In this document: one piece after another, positions 46,901-54,964 of the stretch
Numbering within the stretch: the first letter of the stretch is position 1
How the letters are laid out: each line of letters begins with the position of its first letter
Notes under the pieces: generated by a model
Database searches by the model: none
The model's input: the letters and a program-made list of their open reading frames with translations, nothing else
What the model was told of the DNA's origin: nothing
Position numbers and translations under genes: made by a program
NCBI GenBank assembly: GCA_964405665.1
Contig: CAYOOT010000002.1
Span: 24,751-88,750 of the forward strand
Reading direction: 5' to 3'
DNA length: 64,000 bases
Source: an uncultured Bdellovibrionales bacterium
GTDB taxonomy: Bacteria > Bdellovibrionota_C > UBA2361 > SZUA-149 > CAZDWZ01

Positions 46901-47026
46901 AAAATTTCGATACCAATCAGAATCAAAAAGAGAGCTTTCTTCAATAAGTTTTATTGACTGCTTGACAGCAAAATGCCTTAAAAATTTATATTTTATTGTT
47001 AATATTAGCCTAAGACCTAAATGCAT
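43916..47026 (-). CDS. Multi-domain glycosyltransferase: N-terminal 38-aa repeats, GT2 and GT4-like domains
   Basis: VIPIYRD, INDCSP, NLGFV..VN.G, LLNSD, GYGEENDFC (GT2); HALGGGTEKH, TIHDY..ICP, ETFSFTLSEA (GT-B). Confidence 0.88.
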   Translation of the reverse strand: MHLGLRLILTIKYKFLRHFAVKQSIKLIEESSLFDSDWYRNFYANDLSSIQNPIEHYVRYGAFKGYFPNPLFDSDYYLQSNPDVKNIGINPLIHFIKKGVFENKDPHPLFSLIHYSSVNTNLTQSGLNPLRHYLLFGAEESFDPHPLFLSSYYLSQKDELRKAKINPLIDYLFQEKNTLRSAHPLFDEKYYLEQNADVLASKMNPLIHFIKFGWKESRNPMPLFEIGYYRTKYSSLLGENENPLINFWLNGTTLKLNPNPYFDTAGYLNQYQDIAAAQLNPLVHYITYGYKEGRLPSNLFEPKFYSEKYPDVKSSGMEPLAHYLTYGIKEGRKISAISSFKIPENKELWQDLLPSKNKEVPLTETNKNVSIVIPIYRDVSTTKACVESVLNSKSKTAYKLLLINDCSPEEEMFSYLSSLTGDSRVEVHTNKTNLGFVGTVNKGMSLYPASDVILLNSDTLVSDFWIDRLIAHAARKENIGTITPFSNNATICNYPDIDGFQEFPEGESLASYNQAFYQANLGRSVEIPTAVGFCMFISRACLKQLGLFDQETFGRGYGEENDFCLRASKMGWKHLLAADTFVYHKGEVSFAKESSPSKLAATKILRELYPDYDSLIIRHLERDPAFAFRLAATAARYRQQKKPVVLIITHALGGGTEKHIQQLRTMLQDKAAFLVLRPALMPKDSGDFVLEFENQEKKIQFIVNSNNSENFAFEFLKTFGISKIHVHHTIGIPFNIVNLAKRLDVSFDFTIHDYFTICPQITLTNEKGDYCEEPAAAACNLCIAKRPTWGAVDITSWREKNRELVLKAEHVICPSNDVRLRMQKYIPDVKYFVVPHLVPKNTNIAFKIPKLGKNDPLRVAIIAALWPHKGSNLVLETAKMIKERNQNIELNLIGYFNKDQADQASQLLNITGEFCDEDLKKLIEQNNPHLIWFPARCPETFSFTLSEAIESGRPILCSALGALTERLENRDWTWMHRWNIEAEEVIEYFLKIAAELVKDKTGTKSLAQEFRGSKLEPENSGEFYHEKYFFKKICNL
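46016..46927 (-). repeat. Eight tandem 38-aa coding repeats, consensus F(D)xxYYxxxxxD(V/L)xxxxxNPLxH(Y/F)xxxGxxExxxPxPL
   Basis: Counted directly in the translation (aa 34-337). Confidence 0.88.
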
Positions 47027-47056
47027 AACTCAAATTTTTGCAAGGAGATTTCATCT

Positions 47057-47085
47057 GTAGGGGCAGGCATAAAACCTGCCCCTAC
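47057..47085. repeat. Single GTAG-type REP with GTAG at both ends
   Basis: gtaggggcagg-cataaaa-cctgcccctac. Confidence 0.85.
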
Positions 47086-47254
47086 AATACTCATCAACTT
47101 GTGATATCCATTAATTTTGTTATCACCTAGTTTGATATATCAGCAGCTCTAAGATAAGAAAAGAGCTGGAAGTTTTAGTATCTGGATTTTTTCAGTATTC
47201 TCGTGTAGGATTCAGTATTTTGCTAAGATCAATTAGTTAACAAGATAATATTTA

Positions 47255-49111
47255 ATGAAGACTTCTATAAATAAAGATTTTTCTTCTGCGGATTCGGCGG
47301 TTTCCATGAGGCTGATTAATCAGACTTCCCCATTAAAAGTGCTCTACATTACTACTTCTTTCGATGCTCCTTTTCGTTATCGTTGTTTTAATTACATGCA
47401 ACTTTTGCGCGGTCAAAAGCAGATCGCCAATATAGAAAAATTAAATTACCTTACTTATCTTCGATTGGAAGGATATTCTTTAATCGTTTTGTTTCGCTTG
47501 CCCTGGAACGATGAAGTGGCCCAAGTCGTATCTACTGCAAAAAAATTAAATATTCCTGTTGCTTTTGATATTGACGACTATATTTTCAATCCTCAAGAAA
47601 TAGAAAAAATTCCTTTTTTTAAGAATATTTCCCCAATTGAGCAAATGAAATACAAAAAAAATTCCGAGAAGCTCTGGAAAACATTCTCGGCTTCCGATTT
47701 CTTCTTTGGCTCTAGCAGCGAATTGGTTGATTTAGCTGAGCAATTGGGCAAAAAAAGCTTTCTCCTTCCTAATCTAATTAATCCCCATTTATTGAAATTT
47801 CAAAAGCTTAAAAAAATTTTCTTCCCTAGAAGATATAGAACACCGATAATTTCTTATTTCAGCGGCTCCAATACTCATGATATGGATTTTGAAAAAATAT
47901 CTCCTGCAATTTGTAAAATACTGGAACAACATCTGAATGCCTATTTTCTTGTTGTCGGTTTCTTGAAATTAAATGATAATTTTAAAAAATTTGATAAAAG
48001 AATTATTCGCCTTCCTTTTCTCGATTGGGAATTGCTTCCTTGGATCCAAGCTTTAGTTACTGTCAACCTGGCTCCGCTTTCAGAAATTAACACTTTCAGT
48101 AACGCTAAAAGCGCCTTGAAATTTTTTGAAGCGGCAGCTGTAAAAGTTCCGACTATTGCCACACCAACTCGGGAAATGAAAAAATGCATCATCAATGGCG
48201 AAAATGGCTTTTTCGCGGAAACAAATGAAGATTGGTTTAATGCGATCAACTTTTGCTTGAATAGAAATAAAATGAAAGATTTGGGGCAAAAAGCTTACGA
48301 TTCTTGTTTGAGTCTTTTTTCTTTTGAAGCAAACACTGAAAATACGCTAAGCATTTTAAAAAAAGTTAGCGGATCAACAGAAAAAACGCCTGCTCATATT
48401 AAATTAAAAAATGAAAAATTCTACATCAAGCAAGCAAAATTAGGAAAAACCAATTTTTCTTTTTTAATAAAGATCAAAAATCATTTCTTACAATTTAGAT
48501 ATTTGATAAAAATTGCCTTTAAAAATTTACTCTCTACCACTCCTCGACCATTGGGGTTAAATAATCCTCTGGAAAATACTTGTTCTCTTCAAAAAACTTC
48601 CTTTGATAATAATTGCATTGATATAGGGCCAAATTATTTAAAAAATCCAGGCGATCTTCTAATCGATACTCCTTCTGCTTTAACGCCACGAAATATGCTA
48701 GATCTGAAATTGATCGATCAAAATAAAAATATTTTTCTATCTCAAGGCCTAGATCCTTATTTTCTCGATTTAAAAATTCCTGCCGGCGCTGTTGATCGAA
48801 AATATTTTTTATTAAAAATGGTTTGCAAATCTGATGCAACTGCAGATTTTGGACAAATCTTTTGGCTCTCAGATTTAAATGATTTCTACAAAGAAGAATA
48901 TAGTATCAGATTTCCAGTAGTTTGTGATGGGAAAGTCCATACTTACTTTATTCGACTTGATAAAGAGGACAGCAAAGAGGAAACCTTATGGAAACAAGCA
49001 AAAAATATTTACAAAATGAGATTAGATCCGATCTCTTCTGCGGGAACTTTTAAGATCTTGGAAATGAAATTTACAAATCAATGCGGAGACTCAATTCCAC
49101 AACCAATATGA
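47255..49111 (+). CDS. GT4-like glycosyltransferase with C-terminal beta-sandwich domain
   Basis: FRYRC, FDIDDY.F, YFSGSNTHDMDF, NLAPL...FSNAKSALKFFEAAAVKVPTIAT. Confidence 0.82.
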   Translation: MKTSINKDFSSADSAVSMRLINQTSPLKVLYITTSFDAPFRYRCFNYMQLLRGQKQIANIEKLNYLTYLRLEGYSLIVLFRLPWNDEVAQVVSTAKKLNIPVAFDIDDYIFNPQEIEKIPFFKNISPIEQMKYKKNSEKLWKTFSASDFFFGSSSELVDLAEQLGKKSFLLPNLINPHLLKFQKLKKIFFPRRYRTPIISYFSGSNTHDMDFEKISPAICKILEQHLNAYFLVVGFLKLNDNFKKFDKRIIRLPFLDWELLPWIQALVTVNLAPLSEINTFSNAKSALKFFEAAAVKVPTIATPTREMKKCIINGENGFFAETNEDWFNAINFCLNRNKMKDLGQKAYDSCLSLFSFEANTENTLSILKKVSGSTEKTPAHIKLKNEKFYIKQAKLGKTNFSFLIKIKNHFLQFRYLIKIAFKNLLSTTPRPLGLNNPLENTCSLQKTSFDNNCIDIGPNYLKNPGDLLIDTPSALTPRNMLDLKLIDQNKNIFLSQGLDPYFLDLKIPAGAVDRKYFLLKMVCKSDATADFGQIFWLSDLNDFYKEEYSIRFPVVCDGKVHTYFIRLDKEDSKEETLWKQAKNIYKMRLDPISSAGTFKILEMKFTNQCGDSIPQPI

Positions 49112-50163
49112 ATAATTTTAAAATAATCAGCAAAAGAGCAGCGAATAAAATGGGAGAAGAAAAAGAAGTTTTTTGTCTTGATCAATATTCTTTAGTTTTT
49201 CAAAAACCTAAAAGACTTAAATCACCAATTGCTTGGGTCGAACATATTCCCTTTGCTTTTTTTATCATGGAAATATTACGACCCGAGCTTTTCGTTGAAC
49301 TGGGAGTACATACAGGCAATTCTTATTCGGCATTTTGTCAAGCAGTTAGTACCTTAAATATCGGCACTTCTTGTTACGGCGTTGATACCTGGAAAGGAGA
49401 CGAACACGCTGAATTCTATGATGATAGTATCTTCAATGAACTAAACGAATATAATAATAATAATTACTCGGCATTTTCTTCTTTGATTAGAGGCACATTC
49501 AATGATGCCTTAAAATATTTTTCCGATAAAAGCATCGATTTGTTGCACATCGACGGCTTTCATACATACGAAGCGGTAAAAGAGGATTTCAATACTTGGT
49601 TGCCCAAGATGAGCGATCATGGTGTGATCCTACTTCATGACACCTGTGTTCGAGCGAATAATTTTGGTGTTTGGAAATTATTTGAAGAATTAAAAGTAAA
49701 ATACCGGACCTTTGAATTCATTCATGGGCATGGCCTGGGAATAGTAATTGTCGGGGATCAAGTAAATGAAAATTTTTCCAAATTCTTGGATCAAAGCGAT
49801 GAAAATGATTTTTATCTGACTTTCTTTGCCAAGTTAGGAGAAAAAATCAGTGATGAGTTTCGACTAAGTTCTCTAGACTCTGTTTTCGCCAATGCTGAAA
49901 AACTCCCGCATTTGGAAAAGGAATTATCTTCTCTACAGAATTTAATAGAGGAAAAAGAACAAAAAAATACTTTTGAAAAAAGGGATCTCTTAAAACAGAT
50001 CGACTCTTTAGAAAATAAACTGTCAGAAATGGATCTAAAACAAACAGAACAAGACTACTTGCATTTTTCTCATAGAAACGAGCTGGAAATAATAAAAAAT
50101 TCTCTTTCTTGGAGAATCTCCAATGCTCTATCAAGATTGGTAAGAAAACTTAAGATTTTTTAG
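49108..50163 (+). CDS. SAM methyltransferase (Methyltransf_24-like) with coiled coil; putative chain-terminating/length-regulating enzyme
   Basis: W..HIPFAF, VELG...GNSY, GVDTWKGD, DLLHIDGFHTYE, LHD; coiled coil ending NSLSWRISNAL; start uncertain (49081, 49108 or 49150). Confidence 0.85.
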   Translation: MNNFKIISKRAANKMGEEKEVFCLDQYSLVFQKPKRLKSPIAWVEHIPFAFFIMEILRPELFVELGVHTGNSYSAFCQAVSTLNIGTSCYGVDTWKGDEHAEFYDDSIFNELNEYNNNNYSAFSSLIRGTFNDALKYFSDKSIDLLHIDGFHTYEAVKEDFNTWLPKMSDHGVILLHDTCVRANNFGVWKLFEELKVKYRTFEFIHGHGLGIVIVGDQVNENFSKFLDQSDENDFYLTFFAKLGEKISDEFRLSSLDSVFANAEKLPHLEKELSSLQNLIEEKEQKNTFEKRDLLKQIDSLENKLSEMDLKQTEQDYLHFSHRNELEIIKNSLSWRISNALSRLVRKLKIF

Positions 50164-50220
50164 GTTACTTCTAAAGTAAAGATCGCCAAGACTATTTGCT
50201 CTAGCAGTAATTTTTGTTTA

Positions 50221-50268
50221 ACATTTATAACGATTTATAAAACCCATTTTACAAATCGTTATAAATGT
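50221..50268. promoter_or_regulatory. 22-bp inverted repeat upstream of the AAA gene (operator or terminator candidate)
   Basis: acatttataacgatttataaaa / ttttacaaatcgttataaatgt, 21/22 complementary, 4-nt loop. Confidence 0.55.
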
Positions 50269-50286
50269 GGTAACTAACTAAATTTT

Positions 50287-51460
50287 ATGGGAAAAACTCG
50301 TACATTATCCCTCTTTAATTAAGCAAAGATTAGCAGAATTAGCTCCGCTTATTCAGTTCGTTATCGGTCCCAGACAAGTAGGGAAAACAACTGCGCTTAA
50401 AGCTGCTATGGAGGATCGCGGCTTCTATGAATCCGCCGATTCCCCCAGTCCCTTATCTTTTGAAGTTATTGCTGACTGGTGGCAGAAAGCACTCGCTTCT
50501 CCTGAGAAGATCTTAGCAATTGATGAAATTCAAAAAATTAACAATTGGGCTGAAGCAATAAAAAAACTTTGGGATTCTTCAAAGAAAAAACCAAAAGTTG
50601 TTCTTACTGGCTCATCTGCTTTGCTTGTGCAAAAAGATTTAAATGAAACTTTAGCTGGTCGCTATGAAATAATTATCGCCGAACATTGGAACTTTAATGA
50701 AGCAAAAGACATCTTTAACTTGTCTTTGAAAGAATTTATTGAGTTTGGTTGTTATCCAGGGAGTATTCAGTTTTTAAAAGATCGGAATCGCTGGGCAGCA
50801 TATCTTAGAGACTCTATAGTCGAACCAGCCTTGGGTCGTGATTTACTTCAACTTCACCCTGTTAAATCTCCAGCTTTACTTAGGCAAATTTTTGCTGTTG
50901 CCTGTAGTTTACCAGCTTCAGTTATTAGTTTACAAAAACTACAAGGACAACTACAAGGACAAGGTTCTTTACCAACAATACAACATTATTTATCCTTGCT
51001 ATCTTCTGCCTTTCTTGTTTCCGGTGTTCAGAAATTTACAAACTCTCAATTCCATTTGCGAAAATCACCGCCCAAACTAATTATTCACGATAATGCACTT
51101 TGTCGAGCATTTGAGCGCCCAATTTCGCAAAATTTAACAGATCTTAGATTTGGACATTATTTCGAAAATCTAGTTGGAGCAAGATTTCTAGAAGCAGGTT
51201 GGGAAGTATATTATTGGAATGATCGGGCGATGGAAGTAGATTTTGTAGTAAGAGGTCCTTCAGGAGAAAATTTTGCTATTGAAGTTAAGTCTTCTTTAAC
51301 TGAAGAAAAAAAACTGTCTGGACTAAAGACTTTCTGTAAAAATTTTCCTGATTTTGAACCATGTTTAATTTCGCTGGTGAAACAAAAATTACCGGGAATC
51401 CGAGAGCTTAATGCAACATCGATTTTGTCCTTGAGTAGACAATCAAAAAATAAACTTTAG
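50287..51460 (+). pseudogene. AAA_14/DUF4143 ATP-binding protein with apparent +1 frameshift near the 5' end
   Basis: Walker A GPRQVGKT (50366-89) lies upstream of the first in-frame ATG (50408); that frame is closed by TAA at 50279; ATG 50287 is in another frame and stops after 11 codons; Walker B IDEIQK, TGSS, C-terminal EVDF...IEVK. Confidence 0.6.
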
Positions 51461-51466
51461 TAGTTA

Positions 51467-52906
51467 CTACTTCCTAGACTTCGATCGCGGCCTTTGTGTC
51501 ATCCCGCAGCAAGAAGTATTGTCTTCATTTTGCGGGCGGCCAATCCGATAATTTAAAGTAAAACAGGCATCGCAATAATTTTCCTGCTTATCATTAAGCG
51601 CACGATACATTCCTTCCAACGAAAGATATCCCAGAGAATCGGCACCGATATAATTTTTAATTTCTTCAACATTGTGCCGGGAAGCAACCAGGTCTTCCGG
51701 TAAAGGCGTATCAATTCCGTAGTAACAAGAACCAACTGTCGGTGGAGAGCTGATGCGAAAATGTACCTCTGCAGCACCGCAATCCCTCAACATTTTAACT
51801 AATTTTTTACAAGTTGTTCCACGAACAATAGAATCATCAACCACAATTACTTTTTTACCTTTAAGTAAACTAGTAATCGGATTTAATTTTACTTTCACTC
51901 CAAAATCTCGAATTGATTGTGATGGTTCAATAAAGGTTCTACCGACATAGTGATTACGAATTAATCCCAACTCTAAGGGCAATCCAGTTTGCTGGGCATA
52001 GCCCATGGCAGCAGGAACACCGGAATCAGGAACAGGAATAACGATATCTGCTTTTACCGGCTGTTCCTTGGCCAACTCTTCACCCAAACGCTTGCGAGTT
52101 GAATAAACATTACGTCCATTGATTGTTGAATCTGGACGAGCAAAATAAACATATTCAAAAACACAAAGCGCTGATTCTTTTGTCTTTAAACTAAAATCAC
52201 TTTTCATTGAACCATCAGCAGAAATTTCTACAATTTCTCCCGGCTCCACATCTCTAATAAATTGCGCTCCAATTAAATCAAATGCACAGGTTTCTGAAGC
52301 AATTACATAACCGCCGTCAATTTTTCCGATAGAAAGAGGACGAATTCCTGCAGGATCTCTTACTCCAAACAATTTGCTGTGAGTCATTACAGCTAAAGAA
52401 TATGCTCCGCGAACTTGCTTCAATGCCTTTGCTAATTTTTCTAGTGTGGATGCTCCTGTTGCTCTAGCAGTCAAATGAAGAATTACTTCGCTGTCTGATG
52501 TCGAAGAAAAAATGGCCCCTTCTTTTTCTAGTTCCGTTCTAAGTTCAATTGCATTGATCAGATTGCCATTATGCGCCAAAGCTAGACCATCGTTTTGAAA
52601 GTTTGCAACAAAGGGTTGAAGGTTTTGCCAATCTTTTCCTCCGTAAGTTGCATAACGGGTATGACCCAAGGCGGCAGTTCCTTCTAGTTTATTTAAAATA
52701 GCTTCATCAAAAACATCGGCGACTAAACCCATATCGCGATAAACAAACATCGCTTTGGAATTTGTCGAAACTATTCCTGCCCCTTCCTGTCCGCGATGTT
52801 GCATTGCAAAAAGACTAAGGTAACAATATTTTGCCGCTTCTGTGCTATTGATGATTCCAACTACTGCGCATTCATCGTGAAATTTATCTAAAATGTCTTT
52901 TTCCAT
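51467..52906 (-). CDS. purF: Amidophosphoribosyltransferase
   Basis: DECAVVG, QHRGQEGAGI, GHTRYAT, AHNGNL, CVFEYVYFARPDS, VDDSIVRGTT, YYGID. Confidence 0.97.
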   Translation of the reverse strand: MEKDILDKFHDECAVVGIINSTEAAKYCYLSLFAMQHRGQEGAGIVSTNSKAMFVYRDMGLVADVFDEAILNKLEGTAALGHTRYATYGGKDWQNLQPFVANFQNDGLALAHNGNLINAIELRTELEKEGAIFSSTSDSEVILHLTARATGASTLEKLAKALKQVRGAYSLAVMTHSKLFGVRDPAGIRPLSIGKIDGGYVIASETCAFDLIGAQFIRDVEPGEIVEISADGSMKSDFSLKTKESALCVFEYVYFARPDSTINGRNVYSTRKRLGEELAKEQPVKADIVIPVPDSGVPAAMGYAQQTGLPLELGLIRNHYVGRTFIEPSQSIRDFGVKVKLNPITSLLKGKKVIVVDDSIVRGTTCKKLVKMLRDCGAAEVHFRISSPPTVGSCYYGIDTPLPEDLVASRHNVEEIKNYIGADSLGYLSLEGMYRALNDKQENYCDACFTLNYRIGRPQNEDNTSCCGMTQRPRSKSRK

Positions 52907-52957
52907 GAGGCCGAGATTATATCTCATCCTCGGACTATAAACAAGAATGTGAAATGA

Positions 52958-53046
52958 TTTACTGTAGGGGCAGCCTTTATGGCTGCCCGTTTAACAACAT
53001 ACTTTTGGGAATTCCGGGCAGCTATAAAGGCTGCCCCTACAGTAAA
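52958..53046. repeat. Inverted pair of GTAG-type REP elements
   Basis: gtaggggcagcctttatggctgcccg (52964-89) and cgggcagctataaaggctgcccctac (53015-40); complementarity extends 6 bp outward. Confidence 0.92.
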
Positions 53047-53084
53047 AATTTTAATTATCTTATGATTAATAATACCAATATAAG

Positions 53085-54488
53085 TTATTTAGCCAAACAA
53101 TGTATAATCCCACCAATCGTGGCAAAACCTTTTTTCAAGCGATCCAGACCGAAATGTTCATTAGGCGCGTGAATATTATCATCAGCAAGTCCATAACCGA
53201 TTAATACTACTTCGGCTCCAGAAGCTTTTGCTAAATCAGGAATTATCGGAATAGAACCACCGGAGAGACTGTTTAAACAAGGTTTTTTGAAAATTTCTTG
53301 ATAGACACTGGCTGCAGCTTTAGCAGTTTTAGAGTTAGGGTCAGCTACAAGCGGATCCCCTTGACCGGCATGAACTTGAACTTTGATTTCAATTCCGGGA
53401 GCAATTTGTTTTTTTAAATAATCTTCCACTAGCTTGCCGATTTGTTCGGAACTTTGATTGGGAACCAACCTGCAAGATAACTTGGCCAAAGCTTTTGCCG
53501 GAATTACTGTTTTAAATCCATCTCCACTATAGCCACCATTAATCCCATTAATTTCTAAAGTAGGCCGGATACTTGCTCTCTGCATTGGTGAAAATTTCGT
53601 TCTTTCTCCGCCACTAGCTTCTGCTTTAAACATTGCCTGAAAAATCTGTTCATCAAAATGAAAATTTATTGCCGATTTTTTTTCGGCAGACAATTCTATT
53701 ACCTGATCATAAAATCCAGGAATTTGTACTCTTCCTTCAGCATCATGCAGACTTCCTAACAATTCTGCCAATGCCCGATTGGGATTATATACCACCCCAC
53801 CAACCATTCCGGAATGCATATCACTAGAAGATCCGCTGAGTTCAACTGTAAAACAAACAATCCCCCTTACTCCCAATGTAACTTCCGGCGTTTCTTTGTC
53901 ATGCAGACCCATATCAACAATAAAAAGATGATCTGCTTTTAGTTTTTCTTGCTTTACTTTTAAAACCGCGGGAAGGCCGGCACTGCCGCATTCCTCTTCT
54001 CCTTCGATACACAATTTTACATTCACCGGAAGTTTACCATTTTTCATCAGCAGATGTCTGATCGCTGCAATTGTGTAAAAAAATTGTCCTTTATTATCTT
54101 GTGCTCCGCGAGCATATACTTCCTCACCCTCTAATCGTGGCTCGAAAGGAGGAGACGTCCACAAATCAAGGGGATCTACCGGTTGTACGTCATAATGCCC
54201 ATAGAATAACAGAGTCGGTTGATCTTTTCCGGCCTTTGTCCAGGAAGCAAAGATTACCGGATGGCCGGGAGTCCCGCGACTGGAAGTCTCCCAAACTTCC
54301 ACATCTAGTCCTGCTTTTTTTAAAAAATCTACAACCCAATTGCAGCATTTGCGCATATCTCCTGCATATTCCGTTTCCGAACTAATGCTAGGAATTCTTA
54401 ATAACTCAAAATATTCTTTAACTAAATTTTCTTTATATTTATCGAAATCAACAAATAATTCTTGAATAACTTTTGGAAGGTGAGACAT
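53085..54488 (-). CDS. M20-family dipeptidase
   Basis: YGHYDVQP, ARGAQDNKGQ, EGEEECGS, DMHSG, GGSIP, HAPNE. Confidence 0.92.
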   Translation of the reverse strand: MSHLPKVIQELFVDFDKYKENLVKEYFELLRIPSISSETEYAGDMRKCCNWVVDFLKKAGLDVEVWETSSRGTPGHPVIFASWTKAGKDQPTLLFYGHYDVQPVDPLDLWTSPPFEPRLEGEEVYARGAQDNKGQFFYTIAAIRHLLMKNGKLPVNVKLCIEGEEECGSAGLPAVLKVKQEKLKADHLFIVDMGLHDKETPEVTLGVRGIVCFTVELSGSSSDMHSGMVGGVVYNPNRALAELLGSLHDAEGRVQIPGFYDQVIELSAEKKSAINFHFDEQIFQAMFKAEASGGERTKFSPMQRASIRPTLEINGINGGYSGDGFKTVIPAKALAKLSCRLVPNQSSEQIGKLVEDYLKKQIAPGIEIKVQVHAGQGDPLVADPNSKTAKAAASVYQEIFKKPCLNSLSGGSIPIIPDLAKASGAEVVLIGYGLADDNIHAPNEHFGLDRLKKGFATIGGIIHCLAK

Positions 54489-54489
54489 T

Positions 54490-54960
54490 TTATTTTTCCT
54501 TAATGTATCCGGGATACATTTGAATTAATTTTTCTATTGCCTGTTTGTAAGCCTCAGACTTAAAACCACTGAGCCGGGAAACAAACTCTGTGGCAGTCAG
54601 CCATTGGGCTTGAGAAAATTCCACTATATGGTGTTTCTTAAAATCTATAATAGCTTTAGATGCAAGACGCACTAAAAAGTAATATTGTTCTTGGCCACGA
54701 TGACCTTTGATATATGAGCTTTCAGTCCATTCATAACGAATAAAACCTGGATATTGTCCAATTATCTGCACATCTTTGGTGCCTATTTCTTCTTCTAATT
54801 CTCTTAAAGCTGCTTGCTTTAAATCCTCACCTTCATCCACTCCACCTTGAGGCAATTGCCAAGCCCCTTTGATATCAGCTCTTTCACAAGCAAGTATTTC
54901 CCCCCGATCATTAATTACAATTAACGCTACATTTTTTCTGTATGTAGTCGGGATTTTCAT
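54490..54960 (-). CDS. rppH: RNA pyrophosphohydrolase (Nudix)
   Basis: YRKNVA, WQLPQGGVDEGE...AALRELEEEIG, GQEQYYFL, FK..AY. Confidence 0.85.
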   Translation of the reverse strand: MKIPTTYRKNVALIVINDRGEILACERADIKGAWQLPQGGVDEGEDLKQAALRELEEEIGTKDVQIIGQYPGFIRYEWTESSYIKGHRGQEQYYFLVRLASKAIIDFKKHHIVEFSQAQWLTATEFVSRLSGFKSEAYKQAIEKLIQMYPGYIKEK

Positions 54961-54964
54961 AAAC

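Noticed and set aside
52954-53172. 72-aa ORF between purF and the dipeptidase
   Set aside because: Reads through the REP pair and overlaps the convergent gene; no coding features
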